DNA of 64,000 bases, taken from NCBI RefSeq assembly GCF_006345805.1, contig NC_043023.1, forward strand, positions 10,602,001-10,666,000, read 5' to 3'. This stretch comes from Octopus sinensis (taxonomy: Eukaryota). Numbering within the stretch: position 1 is the first letter of the stretch; each line of letters begins with the position of its first letter. Positions 36,996 to 52,425 of this stretch are shown here, piece after piece. The notes beneath the pieces are model-generated. The model was not told the DNA's origin. It made no database searches and worked only from the letters and a program-made list of their open reading frames with translations. Position numbers and translations under genes: made by a program.

Positions 36996-38184
36996 GTAAT
37001 TTAATTGTTCATTTTGAATTGATAAAATGTGTTTTTTTTCTAATTTTTTAGATATATATATATTATATTGTGAAATTTGATTTAGTATTTCTAAATTGAA
37101 TTTTTTTCCTTGTGAGTTTGGATTTATATTCCCTCAAATAATTATTATATGTATGTATATATATATATCATGGTGATCTATGTACAGGGCATCTATACTG
37201 CTTTGCATAAAAAACACCCATACATGTACCCTGTGAGAAGATCTCAACACATTCTCTAAATTTGGATGCTTATAATTGTCGTAAGCAACGGTGTATCAGT
37301 TTTTTATGTGTGTATGTGCGTATATAAAGATATAATTAAAACAAAACGTATACACCCACGTATATACATATATATATGTACATAAATATATATACTAATT
37401 ATTTACGTTTTTATTATTACTTTTTGACTTTTTATTGTTATTTTAATTTTAATATTTCTATTATATGTAATTTTCTAGATGGTGTAATTTAATTGTTCAT
37501 TTTGAATTAATAAAAGGTGGTGTTTTTTTCTGTATATTTATTATATTGTGTGAAATTTGATTTAGTAATTCTAAATTGAATTTTTTTCCTTGTAAGTTTT
37601 CTCTACAAAACTACTTTAAAACGTTTTCCGATGGCTGAATGACGAAACGTATTAATCTGGTTTCTGCCCTAAATATTCTGGTAAAGTAAGGATGCATCTT
37701 GTACACCAGCAAATACTCAGTGAAGTGCAAGTAAATCAGTTGTCCATAAGATTGACTCCTCGTTATGAAACGACGGAGATCCACCACCGTTAAAAGCCTA
37801 TGAAGCCATCTAAAGATCGAATGCTTCTTTTTCCCGTAATTAGGCTCATGCCCTTGCTTATCTCCCTTTACTCACTAATTTTCCTTATCGTCTTTCAATG
37901 AATTAATACCAACACAAATTTCTCTCAGATCTAATCCCTTCCTCTAATCAATGCTGGAATTTTTTTGGTAACAATCTTCCTCTGAATATTATATGAGCTG
38001 CTGTATTCTTTTCATTTTCGTTTCTACGCACTTTTTGTAGGTACTACTAGTGAACAGTGGTCCCGGTGCGCTCACACGCACATGGGTCTTTTTAGCAAGC
38101 ACGGCAAACGTTCGCATTTTCTAAAGGTGACATATACTAATTGGTCAGTCATTCGTGAAGTTGCTTTGATATAATTGTTTTTAA

Positions 38185-38398
38185 GGCGGCGAGCTGGCAG
38201 AATCGTTAGCACGCCGGGCGGAATACCTGGCCGTATTTCGTCTGTCTTAACGTTCTGAGTTCAAATTCCGCCGAGGTCGACTGTGCCTTTCATCCTTGCG
38301 GGGTCGATAAATTAAGTACCAGTTGCGTACTGTGGTCGATCTAATCGACTGCCCCTCTCACTCCAAATTTCTGGCCTTGTGCCTAGAGTAGAAAAGGA
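38185..38398 (+). mobile_element. SINE family C (unit E upstream block)
   Basis: Paralog of 5188-5400. Confidence 0.75.
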
Positions 38399-39835
38399 TA
38401 TAATTGTTACCTCAGTTACCTGCTAGAAGCAAAGTTGTTATTAACAGACTTAATATTGGGGGTGTGAGGGAGATTAGTATCAACCTCTGTTTTCGATGGA
38501 TCTTTATTTTGATTCCGAAGCAATGAAAAGTAAAATCGACATCACCGAGATTTGAGCTCAGAACGTAAAAAAACCACAAGAAATACTGCCTGGCGTAAAT
38601 AGTTACTGTTCTGTTTGATACAATGCTACGAATTCGTTTCGGTATTTCAAGCAAACCATTACATGTTTTGTATATTCCCCGTTTCCACACTTTTTGTCAT
38701 GGTTCTTTTTAGGGTCAGATATTCTTTGATTTCGTCTAAACTTATCGACTTTTCTCGATGAATTTCTACTTTTGTATCAAAACTGCTGGGGGAAAGACTC
38801 TACGGAGGATAAGGAGTAGTGAATTAAATGGTCAGAAGTAATAATTTCATTGTGTTTTATTATTAGGACTGATGAAATGAGTTCCAGGCCTAAAAAACAA
38901 ATAAGTTCTGGGGTCGATCCAGTCTCACTACAGATTCTTCAAGGCGATGCCCCAGCATGATGGCAGTCTAATGACAGAAATAAGTAAAACATAGTAATAA
39001 TAAGAAGCAGAATTATAATTATATATATATACATATATATACACAGTTGCAAAGTGCCCCTCCTCCCCGTCCAAGGACGGTGATGTCAAACATTTAAACC
39101 AAATTTTCTCAAGGCAACTTCTCCGACCGCTCCATAGGCCTCCCCTTTGAGAAACACTGATTTAACCTAAATTAGGGACACCAGCAAAAAGAAGAATAAA
39201 GATAGACTTTTTTTTTATTCCAAAGAAAAAACGATTTTATTCACAAAATATGCAACCGAAGAGTTTAAAGTACCAGTAATTATAAGGCTGTTGACTGGGA
39301 GAACACCAAACATGGTTTAAACAGTTCTTTTCATTAAAAAATAATTAAGCATGCCTATATTTCAATAAAACTTTTGGTTTTGTTAAACAAAGTTAAGGCA
39401 AAGAAAAAACTTCTTGAGAAACGAAATAGTCTCTCCTTCCTTCATGCCAAGTTTGAAGAAATATCCTCTTTGCATCTTATTTTTTTGGTCTCTTAAATAA
39501 CTGCATTTTGTGGCATTATTTCACAGCCAGCCAGCACAAACTGCATGTGCATTTTTCTTGCGTACGTGTAGTATCGATCACAACAACAGAATGTACTTGC
39601 GCTATAAATGCACGTTCCCATGGCTTTATCGATCGCCATTCTCACCTGGAATCGATTTTTGTAATTTTTCAAGACTTATACACGTCCTGATACCTTCGGC
39701 ATCTACATATCAAATTTGGCTGCAATCAGATGAGGATGCCCGAGATCCTAGAAGACACACAGACAGAATAGTTTTATTATTATATAAAATATATATGTAT
39801 ATATTATATATATATATATATATTATATATATATA

Positions 39836-39866
<31 letters not shown>

Positions 39867-41128
39867 TATGAGAAATTAGAAAGTACAACCTTATCAATTC
39901 AAAATGAACAATAAATTACAACATCATAGAAAAATTACGTATAATAAAAATATTAAAATTAAAATAACACATAAAAGATCAATGACGTGTCATTCATTTA
40001 CCAATTATGTAGTTTTTATTATTTTTTTGCAAGTTACTTAATCTTGGATATTTTATGGTTATTTTAATTTAATATTTATATTTTATGTAATTTCGAGATG
40101 GTGTATTTAATTGTCATTTTGAATTGATTTAAAAGGTGGGGGTTTTTTTAATGTATGTATATATATATATATATATGATATATATTTATCCTGGTGATCT
40201 ATGTAAAGGGCATCTATACTGCTCTGCATAGAAAGCTCCCATACAAGGACCATGTGAGAAGATCTCAACACAGTGTCTAAAGTGGTTGGCATTAAGAAGA
40301 GTGTCCAGCTGTAGAAAACAATCTAAATCAGGCAGGAACTGGGGCAGCACCCTGTTTGTAGCACAGGTCAAACCAACCAACCCCAGGGAAGCATCTACAA
40401 CCATAACAAATGCATCTGTGTCTTACCAAGAATTTATAAAAAGCAAAGGAATGCTTCTCAGTAAACAAATCTAGACTTGTTTCTTGTGAATCAGTGGTCA
40501 CGTCTACAAATGAGGTTGTTTGTCCCTGAGTCTTTTCAAAGTGATTCAGAATACAATAGTAATAATAATATTTTGTCTATTCTAAATAATCTTGACATTG
40601 TTTTTGACTTTACATAAAATATTCTTACATTCTACTGTGTTTTATTGTCATTTATTTACAAGTATTATAACATAATAACAACAACAAATCACTGAAGTCT
40701 CAGAGCTATGAGATAATCCATGGTTAATTCAAAACAATATGAATAAATAAGCATTACATTTCACAAAGGAATCTCAATGCTAAACGGTTAAAAACTGGCC
40801 ATATTTTTGTGTGTTTATATTCATACTAGCCAGATCCCACCCCTCACACCCACCTACAAGGTCATTCTAAAACTAAAACAATCACACATTGAAATCTGAA
40901 CATGATAACATAATGAATGATTAATTCAGAAGAATTTCAATAAACATCTATTTGACTGATAATTGAATGATGTTAATGAGTTAAAGCAATTAAGAAGGCA
41001 GTTTGCAGCATCTTCAGATATTAATAAAGAACACTTTTGATGGAGATATATCAGTAGAAATATTTGTTCAGAGCAATATACGAGAAGAAGGAAAACCTTT
41101 GTGTACTGTGACGAGAGAAAGGAAAATT

Positions 41129-41404
41129 ATGGAAAATGAATTACGTAGGAGTGAAGTTGAATGTAAAAGAGAGTCTGAAGAAATTGATTTTTCTGACGAG
41201 GAGAAGAACAGAAAGGGCAAAACATCATTTGATTGTGATATCTGTGACAAGTCGTTCTCTCAGAAAGCTAAGTTAGTCATTCACGAACGTACTCATACAG
41301 GAGAAAAACCATATCACTGTGAAATCTGTGGTAAATCTTTCTCTCGAAACGATCACTTAACTAGGCACAAGCATGTTCATACAGACAGGGAACACATTTC
41401 ATGA
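41129..41404 (+). CDS. Minimal two-finger ZNF ORF, unit E (91 aa)
   Basis: Leader plus first finger (QKAKLVIH) plus last finger ending HTDREHIS*. The flanks carry many 1-bp indels relative to sister units, so function and assembly accuracy are doubtful. Confidence 0.55.
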   Translation: MENELRRSEVECKRESEEIDFSDEEKNRKGKTSFDCDICDKSFSQKAKLVIHERTHTGEKPYHCEICGKSFSRNDHLTRHKHVHTDREHIS

Positions 41405-42057
41405 GGAATAGATTCATTTCCCAAGTTACAGACATTGTTTATGAGTTTTATTTTTCAAGAACAAATCCAAATTTGTGAAAGTTTCTACTACCATTAACAA
41501 GGATCTGTTTGTCTACCAAGAAGTTTATAAAAAGCAAAGGAATGCTTCTCAGAGTACAACAACTTTAGACTTTTTTCTTGCTTGTGAATCAGTGGGTCAC
41601 GTCTCACAAATGATGGTGTCCTGAGTCTTTTCACGAGTGATTCAGAAAACAATTAGAATGATCATATTTTAGTATTCTAAATGATCTTGACATTGTTTTT
41701 GACTTTACATAAATATTCTTTACATTCTACTGTTGTTTTATTGTCATTTATTTACAAGTATTATAAATTTTATTGGTTTAAAACATTTTTGTAGGAATGA
41801 ATTACAATTTATAACATTTCTTCTATTGGAAAATTTATGCTTTGCTTTATGTGTTTTCACTTAGAAGCAATGCCAGTTAAGACACTAACTCATATATCAA
41901 GGCATTATTATGTATCTGACATTATTTTGGCACAAGGCCAAGCAATTTCAGGGGGAAGAGTAAGTTGAATAACCACTGGATCAGCATGATCAGCATGTGT
42001 GCTTTTTACATGAACTAGGACAAATGCTTCTTACAGGGAGTGGAATTACACGATATA

Positions 42058-42442
42058 TCTATATATATAAAGACTGAAGTTGTCTGTGTGTGTGTGTTGT
42101 GGCAGGTTTTGCAGCCTTCAACAAACACTATCTCCTCTGCAGACCCTGCGGTGCAGTTGAACAACTGAGAGGTTTGATTAAAAGAAGGCTTGCTCTTCCG
42201 TACTTAGAAGAAAAAATTAAAAAATCAAATAGGACTAAGTTAACACCAAAATTATTTCCATCAAAAAGGGCTTTTTCTTCTATGAAAATCCCCTATATAT
42301 TATGATTCTTTGACTGCTGTGTTGGCATTTTGTTTGGTGTATTTCAACCAGAAAAATGTTCACTTTCCTAGATAATGCAAAATTTTCAAAACTTCCAATT
42401 CTAAAGGGTCAGAAAAAAACAACACCCGAAGCAATGCCGGTC
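42058..42442 (+). mobile_element. Helitron-like element (unit E copy), 3' end running into (TA)n
   Basis: Paralog of 45057-45437 with shared diagnostic variants. Confidence 0.6.
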
Positions 42443-42444
42443 GT

Positions 42445-42813
42445 CGTATATGTATATATATAATAAATATATATATATATATATACATCAGATATATATA
42501 TATATATAATACATATAATTATATATATATATATTATATAGATATATACATATTTATATATAAACATATTATATATTATATCTTACAATTATATATCTAT
42601 ATACATATAGATATATCTATACATATATAATATACATAAATATACATTATATAATTATACATATATATACATATATATATCTATATAATATATATATAGA
42701 TATATATATATACATTATACATATTTATATTATAAATTATATATATAAAATATACATATATATTTATAGATACATTATACATATCTACATATATAATATA
42801 TACACAATATATT

Positions 42814-42844
<31 letters not shown>

Positions 42845-43118
42845 TATATAATATATACATATATATATATATACATATATATTTATATATACATAATATA
42901 TCATATACATATATGTATATATATATATGTATATATATGTATATATGTATATATAACATAATATGTATATATATATGTGTATATATACTATATACATATA
43001 TGTATTGATATATCTATGTTTATAGATGTATATATGTATACTATACATATATGTTATATATATATGTGATATATTGTATCATATATATAATATATACATA
43101 CATCAATCTATATATATA
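42445..43118. repeat. Imperfect (TA)n microsatellite tract
   Basis: Almost pure alternating A/T with scattered C/G. Confidence 0.95.
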
Positions 43119-43443
43119 TAGCTCAGTGGTTAGAGCGTCTAGCTACGATCGTGAGGTTGTGAGCTCGAATCCCGGACCGGGCTGCGTGTTGTGTTCATGA
43201 GCAAGACACTTTATTTCACGTTGCTCCAGTTCACTCAGCTGTAGAAATGAGTTGTGCGACGTACAGGTGCCAAGCGTATCGGCCCCTTTGCCTTTCCCTT
43301 GGACACATCGGGACGTGGAGAGGGAGGCTGGTATGCATGGGATACTGCTGGTCTTCAATAAAACAACCTTGCCGGACTTGTGTCTAGAAGAGGGTAACTT
43401 TCTAGGTGCAATCCCATGGTCATCATGACGAAGGGGGGTCTTT
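43119..43443 (+). mobile_element. SINE family B
   Basis: TAGCTCAGTGGTTAGAGCG...GCTCGAATCCCGG...GAAGGGGGGTC. Confidence 0.8.
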
Positions 43444-43454
43444 ACCCTGGTTAC

Positions 43455-43750
43455 TTATATACATATCTATTCATTTATACTATATATACATGTACCATAT
43501 ATATATATAGACATATATATTTATATATGCATATATTATTTATATATACATTATATTGTACATATCCTATTTAATATACATTATATATATACACATATAA
43601 TATATATACAGATAAGATACATATATATTATATATATATATTAGACATGTATATTATATATATAAGATACATGTATATATATATATATATGTATAGCTAT
43701 ATATATATACTACACTATATTTATATAGTATGTATATATATAATAATATC

Positions 43751-43801
<51 letters not shown>

Positions 43802-44012
43802 ATATATAGATATATATATATATATACATATATATTATATATGTACATATATGTATATATATGTATATATATATATATATGTATATATTATATATATGTA
43901 TAGCTATATATATGTCATATTATATATATAGTATATTATATCTATATATTATGTATATATATATAATTATATGTATATATTATATATGTATTATGATATA
44001 TATATATATATG
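43455..44012. repeat. Imperfect (TA)n tract ending at the assembly gap
   Basis: Direct reading. Confidence 0.95.
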
Positions 44013-44013
44013 G

Positions 44014-44113
44014 NNNNNNNNNNNNNNNNNNNNNNNNNNNNNNNNNNNNNNNNNNNNNNNNNNNNNNNNNNNNNNNNNNNNNNNNNNNNNNNNNNNNNNN
44101 NNNNNNNNNNNNN
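44014..44113. other. Assembly gap (100 N)
   Basis: Exactly 100 N, usually a placeholder for a join of unknown size. Confidence 0.98.
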
Positions 44114-44423
44114 ATGGACCCAGGTTAATTGTTCGCAAATACATTCATTCAAGTGTGAAACCATATCACTGTGAAATCTGTGTAAATCCTTCTCTGAAAA
44201 TGGTCGCGTAACTATTCACATACGCATTCATACAGGAGAGAAGCCATATCACTGTGATATCTGTGGTAAATCATTCTCTACATGGAGTGCCTTATTTAAA
44301 CAAAAATACATTCATGCAGGAGAAAAGCCATATCATTGTGAAATCTGTGGTAAATCTTTCTCTCGAAACGATCACTTAACCAAGCACAAGCATGTTCATA
44401 CAGACAGAGAACACATTTCATGA
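44114..44423 (+). pseudogene. Relic finger tail of unit F (rest of gene missing in the gap)
   Basis: Matches the last about 3.5 relic fingers of A/B/D/G, ending [11 protein letters not shown] at 44421-44423. Confidence 0.85.
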
Positions 44424-45056
44424 GGAATAGATTCATTTCCCAAGTTACAGACATTGTTTATGAGTTTTATTTTCCAAGCACAACATCCAAATTTTGAAAG
44501 TTTCTACTACCATAACAAATGCATCTGTGTCTTACCAAGAAGTTTATAAAGAGCAAAGGAATGCTTCTTAGTAAACAACTCTAGACTTGTTTCTTGTGAA
44601 TCAGTGGTCACGTCTACAAATGATGGTGTCCCTGAGTCTTTTCAAAGTGATTCAGAAAACAATTATAATAATAATATTTTATCTATTCTAAATGATCTTG
44701 ACATTGTTTTTGACTTTACATAAAATATTCTTTACATTCTACTGTTGTTTTATTGTCATTTATTTACAAGTATTATAAATTTTATTGGTAAAATATTTTT
44801 CTAGCAATGAATTACAATTTATAACATTGCTTCTATGGGAAATTATTGCTTTGCTTTATGAGTTTTCACTTTAGGAGCAATCTCCAGTAAGAAATTAACT
44901 CATATATCAAGGCATTATTGTATCTGACATTATTTTTGCACAAGGCCAGCAATTTCAGGGGAAGGAGTAAGTTGAATAACCACATGGATCAGCATGTGTG
45001 CTTTTTACATGAACTAGGATAAATGCTTCTTACAGGGAGTGGCATTACACGATATA

Positions 45057-46030
<974 letters not shown>

Positions 46031-46033
46031 GTA

Positions 46034-46870
46034 TCAGTTGTGGTGTGCAAGAGAGACGTTTGCGCTGGTATGGTCATGTGGCGAGAATGGATGAAGATAG
46101 TTGTGTGAAAAAGTGCCACACCCTAACGGTTGAGGGAACCTGTGGAAGAGGCAGACCCAGGAAAACCTGGGACGAGGTGGTGAAGCACGACCTTCGAACT
46201 TTAGGTCTCACTGAGGAAGGACTAGAGACCGAGACCTCTGGAAGTGTGCTGTGCGCGAGAAGACCCGGCAGGACAAGTGAGTCCACAACCCGTGGCCTTC
46301 TACATGGGATGGAGCCAGCCTACGTATGCATACCTTCCCTTCTTGGGACACAAAACTCTACTTGTGAAGACGTGTTGAGGCAAGTGAGGATCAGAATCGA
46401 AATCGATCAATGGAAATTGCGGATGTGCTACCAGTGCCGGTGGCATGTCGAAACTCTGCTTGTGAAGACCCATTGAGGCAAGTGAGGATCAGAATCGAAA
46501 TCGATCAATGGAATTGCAGATGTGTTACCAGTGCCGGTGGCATGTAAGAGAACTTTCCGTTTCGCGACCGTTGCCAGCACCGCCCCGTTTCGTGTCCGTT
46601 GCCAGCCTCGCCTGCCCTCGTGCCGGTGGCACATAAAAAGCACCATCCGTTCGTGGCCGTTTGCCAGCTCTGTCTGGCACCAGTGCGGGTGGCACATAAA
46701 AAGCACCCACTACACTCACGGAGTGGTTGGCGTTAGGAAGGGCATCCAGCCGTAGAAACACTGCCAGATTTGACTGGGCCTGATGAAGCCTTCTGGCTTC
46801 ACAGACCCCAGTAGAACCGTCCAACCCATGCTAGCATGGAAAACGGACGCTAAATGATGATGATGATGAT
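46034..46870 (+). mobile_element. RTE LINE 3' fragment inserted in (TA)n
   Basis: [18 protein letters not shown]...[13 protein letters not shown], 3' UTR VNTR and (GAT)n tail. Confidence 0.88.
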
Positions 46871-46909
46871 ATATATGTATATATATATATATATATATAT
46901 ACATATATG

Positions 46910-46941
<32 letters not shown>

Positions 46942-46966
46942 TACATACATCAATCTATATATATAT

Positions 46967-47290
46967 AGCTCAGTGGTTAGAGCGTCTAGCTTACGATCGT
47001 GAGGTTGTGAGCTTGAATCCCGGACCGGGCTGCGTGTTGTGTTCTTGAGCAAGACACTTTATTTCCCTTTGCTCCAGTTCACTCAGCTGTAGAAATGAGT
47101 TGCGACGTCACTGGTACCAAGCTGTTTCGACCTTTGTCTTTCTCTTGGATAACACTGGTGACGTGGAGAGGGGAGGCTGGTATGCATGGGCGACTGCTGG
47201 TCTTCCATAAACAACCTTGCCCGGACTTGTGTCTAGGAGGGTAACTTTCTAGGTGCAATCCCACGGTCAGTCATGACCGAAGGGGGTCTT
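46967..47290 (+). mobile_element. SINE family B
   Basis: Same as 43119, with the same CATACATCAATC(TA)n upstream context. Confidence 0.8.
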
Positions 47291-47309
47291 TACACTTTTA
47301 CTTTATATA

Positions 47310-47479
47310 CATATATATTTATATATATATACATACATAAATCTATATATATATATATATATATATACATATATATTTATATATGCATATATATTTATAT
47401 ATACATATATATGTACATATATTTATATATACATATATATATATACACATATATATATATATACACATATATATATATA

Positions 47480-47514
<35 letters not shown>

Positions 47515-47537
47515 ATATATATATATATATACATGTA

Positions 47538-47588
<51 letters not shown>

Positions 47589-47591
47589 ATG

Positions 47592-47624
<33 letters not shown>

Positions 47625-47787
47625 GTATTATATATATATATATATATATACATATATGTATATATATATGTATATATAATATATATGTATACATATATAT
47701 ATATATGTATATAATAATATATATATATACATATATGTATATATATATGTATATATATATATATTATGTATAATATATATATATATG

Positions 47788-47834
<47 letters not shown>

Positions 47835-47912
47835 GATGTATATATATATATACATATATGTATATATATATATATATATACATATATGTATATATATATA
47901 TACATACATATA

Positions 47913-47948
<36 letters not shown>

Positions 47949-48068
47949 TGTATATATATATATACATATATGTATTATATATTATATATATATAATATTA
48001 TATACATATATGTATATAATATATATATATAATATATATATTATATATATATATATATATATATTACA

Positions 48069-48143
<75 letters not shown>

Positions 48144-48219
48144 ACATATATGTATATATATATATATATACATATATGTATAATATATATATATATATAT
48201 ACATACATAAATCTATGTA

Positions 48220-48261
<42 letters not shown>

Positions 48262-48339
48262 CATAAATCTATATATATATATATATACATACATAAATCT
48301 ATATATATTATAATCATACATAAATCTATATATATATAC

Positions 48340-48370
<31 letters not shown>
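47310..48370. repeat. About 1 kb imperfect (TA)n tract
   Basis: Direct reading. Confidence 0.95.
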
Positions 48371-50530
48371 CATAAGAGGTGCAGCAATGTCAAAAGAAGG
48401 CTAACTAGGAAAATAGTTTGTCTGTGGCAGATGCTCAGGAGCAATAAACACTGGAAATGTGCAGAGACCAACTTCTATCACGTTCCAGGGAGACAAACTA
48501 GAAGTAGTTGATAGCTTCCGCTACCTGGGAGACCAAGTCAGTAGCGGGGGTGGGGGTGCTGAAAGTGTAACTGCTAGAGTAAGAATAGCCTGGGCAAAGT
48601 TTAGAGAGCTCTTACTCCTACTGGTGACAAAAGGCTTCTCGCTCAGAGTAAAAGGCAGACTGTATGATGCATGTGTACGTACAGGCATGCTACATGGTAG
48701 TGAAACATGGGCTGTGACTGCTGAGGATATGCGTAAGCTCGCAAGAAATGAAGCCAGTTTGCTCCGATGGATGTGTAATGTCAGTGTTCATAATCGTCAG
48801 AGTGTAAGTGCCTTGAGAGAAAAGTTGAACCTAAGAAGCGTCAGTTGTGGTGTGCAAGAGAGACGGCTGCGCTGGTATGGTCATGTGACGAGAATGGCTG
48901 AAGGTAGTTGTTTGCAAAATTGCTACACCCTAGCAGTTGAGGGAACCTGTGGAAGAGGTAGACCCAGGAAAACCTGGGACGAGGTGGTGAAGCACGACCT
49001 TCGAACTTTAGGTCTCACCAAGGAAATGACTAGAGACCGAGACCTATGGAAGTATGCTGTACGTGAGAAGACCCGGCAAGACTAGTCAGGCCATAACCCG
49101 TGGCCCCTACCTGGAACGTAGTCAGTCCACCTGTGCATACCTTCCTTCTTGTGACACTTGTGAAGACCTGCTGAGGCAAGTGAAAATCAAATCAAATAGA
49201 TGAACATCAATGGAATTTGTATCTTTGTGGTACCAGTGCCGGTGGCACACAAGAAAACCATCCGAACGTGGCCGTAGCCTGTACCGCATCGACTGGCCTC
49301 CGTGCTGTGGGCACGTAACAAACACCATCCGATCGTGGCCGTTCGCCAGCCTCATCTGGCACCTGTGTCGGTGGCACATAAAAACACCTTCCGAAGACCC
49401 GGCAAGACTAGTCAGGCCATAACCCGTGGCCCCTACCTGTGACGTAGTCAGTCCACCTGTGCATACCTTCCTTCTCGTGACACTTGTGAAGACCTGTTGA
49501 GGCAAGTGAAAATCAAATCAAATCAAATCAAATCAAAACAAATCAAAATAGATGAACATCAATGGAATTTGTATCTTTCTGGTACCAGTGCCGGTGGCAC
49601 ACAAGAAAACCATCCGAACGTGGCCGTAGCCAGTACCGCATCGACTGGCCTCCGTGCTGTGGGCACGTAACAAACACCATCCGAAGACCCGGCAAGACTA
49701 GTCAGGCCATAACCCGTGGCCCCTACCTGGGACGTAGTCAGTCCACCTGTGCATACCTTCCTTCTTGTGACACTTGTGAAGACCTGTTGAGGCAAGTGAA
49801 AATCAAAACAAATCAAAATAGATGAACATCAATGGAATTTGTATCTTTGTGGTACCAGTGCCGGTGGCACACAAGAAAACCATCCGAACGTGGCCGTAGC
49901 CAGTACCGCATCGACTAGCCTCCGTGCTGTGGGCACGTAACAAACAACATGCGACCGTGGCCGTTCGCCAGCCTCATCTGGCACCTGTGTCGGTGGCACA
50001 GAAAAACACCATCCGAAGACCCGGCAAGACTAGTCAGTCCACCTGTGCATACCTTCCTTCTTGTGACACTTGTGAAGACCTGTTGAGGCAAGTGAAAATC
50101 AAAACAAATCAAAATAAATGAACATCAATGGAATTTGTATCTTTGTGGTACCAGTGCCGGTGGCACACAAGAAAACCATCCGAACGTGGCCGTAGCCAGT
50201 ACCGCATCGACTGGCCTCCGAGCTGTGGGCACGTAACAAACACCATCCGATCGTGGTCGTTCGCCAGCCTCATCTGGCACCTGTGTCGGTGGCACATAAA
50301 AATACCATCCAAGCGTGGCCGTCTGCCAGCCTCGTCTGGCACCTGTGTCGGTGGCACATAAAATCACCCACTACACTCTCGGAGTGGTTGGCGTTAGGAA
50401 GGGCATCCAGCTGTAGATACACTGCCAGATCTGACTGGCCTGGTGCAGCCTTCGGGCTCCCCAAACCCCAGTTGATGTGTCCAACCCATGCTAGCATGGA
50501 AAGCGGACGTTAAATGATGATGATGATGAT
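48371..50530 (+). mobile_element. 5'-truncated RTE LINE with tandemly reiterated 3' UTR
   Basis: Begins at HKRC of the Cys-rich insert. ORF 48459-49085 has DSFRYLG, MLHGSETW and RGRPRKTW. About 300-bp units restart at 49067, 49393, 49683 and 50015, followed by a (GAT)n tail. Confidence 0.92.
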
Positions 50531-50539
50531 ACAAAAATC

Positions 50540-50551
50540 TATATATATATA

Positions 50552-50604
<53 letters not shown>

Positions 50605-50890
50605 TTATATGTGTATGTATATAATATATATATATATATATATTATACTTATATGTATATGATATATATATATATAATATATATTATAATATATATATAT
50701 ATAATATATATATATATATATACTTATACATATATTTATATATCTATATATATACATATATATATATATAATATATACATATATATATATATATATACAT
50801 ATATAGATATATATATACATATATAGATATATATATATACATATATAGATATATATATAGATATATATATATATATAGATATATATATAT

Positions 50891-50929
<39 letters not shown>

Positions 50930-50985
50930 TACATATATATATATACATATATATTGATATATATATACATATATATATATATATA
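50540..50985. repeat. (TA)n tract
   Basis: Direct reading. Confidence 0.95.
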
Positions 50986-51775
50986 AAGTTATCCAAACAA
51001 GAAAACCAAAAAAAAACACAACGCGAGGACGTGGAATAAATATAGTATTATTTGACGGAAGCTATTATGTAACTTCTCATATATATTTGAAGGTGCATGG
51101 CTCAGTCGTGAGTTCAATTCCCGTCATCTTCATCACATTGAACAATGTTAAAGGTTAAAGGGTCAAAGCGAAATGCAGACACATTTTCTCTACAAAACTA
51201 CTTTAAAACGTTTTCCAATGGCTGAATGACGAAACGTATTAATCTGGTTTCTGTCCTAAATATTCTGCTAAAGTAAGGATGCATCTTGTACACCAGCAAA
51301 TACTCAGTGAAGTGCAAGTAAATCAGTTGACCAAAAGATTGACTCCTCGTTGTGAAACGACGGAGATCCACCACCGTTATAAGCCTATGAAGCCATCTAA
51401 AGATCGAATGCTTCTTTTTCCCGTAATTAGGCTCATGCCCTTGCTTATCTCCCTTTACTCACTAATTTTCCTTATCGTCTTTCAATGAATTAATACCAAC
51501 ACAAATTTCTCTCAGATCTAATCCCTTCCTCTTATCAATGCTGGAATTATTTTTGGTAACAATCTTCCTCTGAATATTATATGGAGCTGTATTCTTTTCA
51601 TTTTCGTTTCCTACGCACTTTTTGTAGGTACTACTAGTGAACTGTGGTCCCGGTGCGCTCACACGCACATGGGTCTTTTTAGCAAGCACAGCAAACGTTC
51701 GCATTTTCTAAAGGTGACATATTACTAATTGGTCAGTCATTTGTGGAAGTTGCTTTTGATATAATTGTTTCTTAA

Positions 51776-51987
51776 GGCGGCGAGCTGGCAGAATCGTTAG
51801 CACGCCGGGCGGAATACCTGGCCGTATTTCGTCTGTCTTAACGTTCTGAGTTCAAATTCCACCGAGCTACACTTTGCCTTTCGTCCTTTCGGGGTCGATA
51901 AATTAAGTACCAGTTACGTACTGGAGTCGATCTAATTGACTGCCACTCTTACCCCAAATTTCTGGCCTTGTGCCTACAGTAGAAAAG
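51776..51987 (+). mobile_element. SINE family C (unit G upstream block)
   Basis: Paralog of 5188-5400. Confidence 0.75.
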
Positions 51988-52209
51988 CATATAATTGTTA
52001 CCTCAGTTAACTGCCAGAGGCAAAGTTGTTATTAATAGACTTAATATTGGGGGTGTGCGGGAGATTAGTATCAACCTCTGTTTTCGATGGATCTTTATTT
52101 TGATTCCGAAGCAATGAAAGGTAAAATTGACATCGGCGGGATTTGAGATCAGAACATAAAAAAACCACAAAAAATACTGCATGGCGTAATTAGTTGCTGT
52201 TAATTTTGG

Positions 52210-52425
52210 TACAATGCTATGAATTCGTTTCGGTATTTCAATCAAACCATTACATGTTTTGTATATTCCCCGTTTACACAATTTTTGTCATGGTTCTTTT
52301 TAGGGTCAGATATTCTTTGATCTCGTCTAAAATTATCGACTTTTCTCGATGAATTTCTACTTTTGTATGAAAACTGCTGGGGGAAAGACTATACGGAGGA
52401 TAAGGAGTGATATTAAATGGTGAGT
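52210..52425 (+). promoter_or_regulatory. Putative exon 1 and splice donor of unit G
   Basis: AAATG|GTGAGT (GT 52420-52421), homologous to 5620-5836. Confidence 0.5.

Noticed and set aside
46775-46805. Hammerhead in RTE tail (CTGATGAAGCC-TTCT-GGCTTC)
   Set aside because: CUGAUGA and a hairpin are present, but the required GAAA after stem II is absent.
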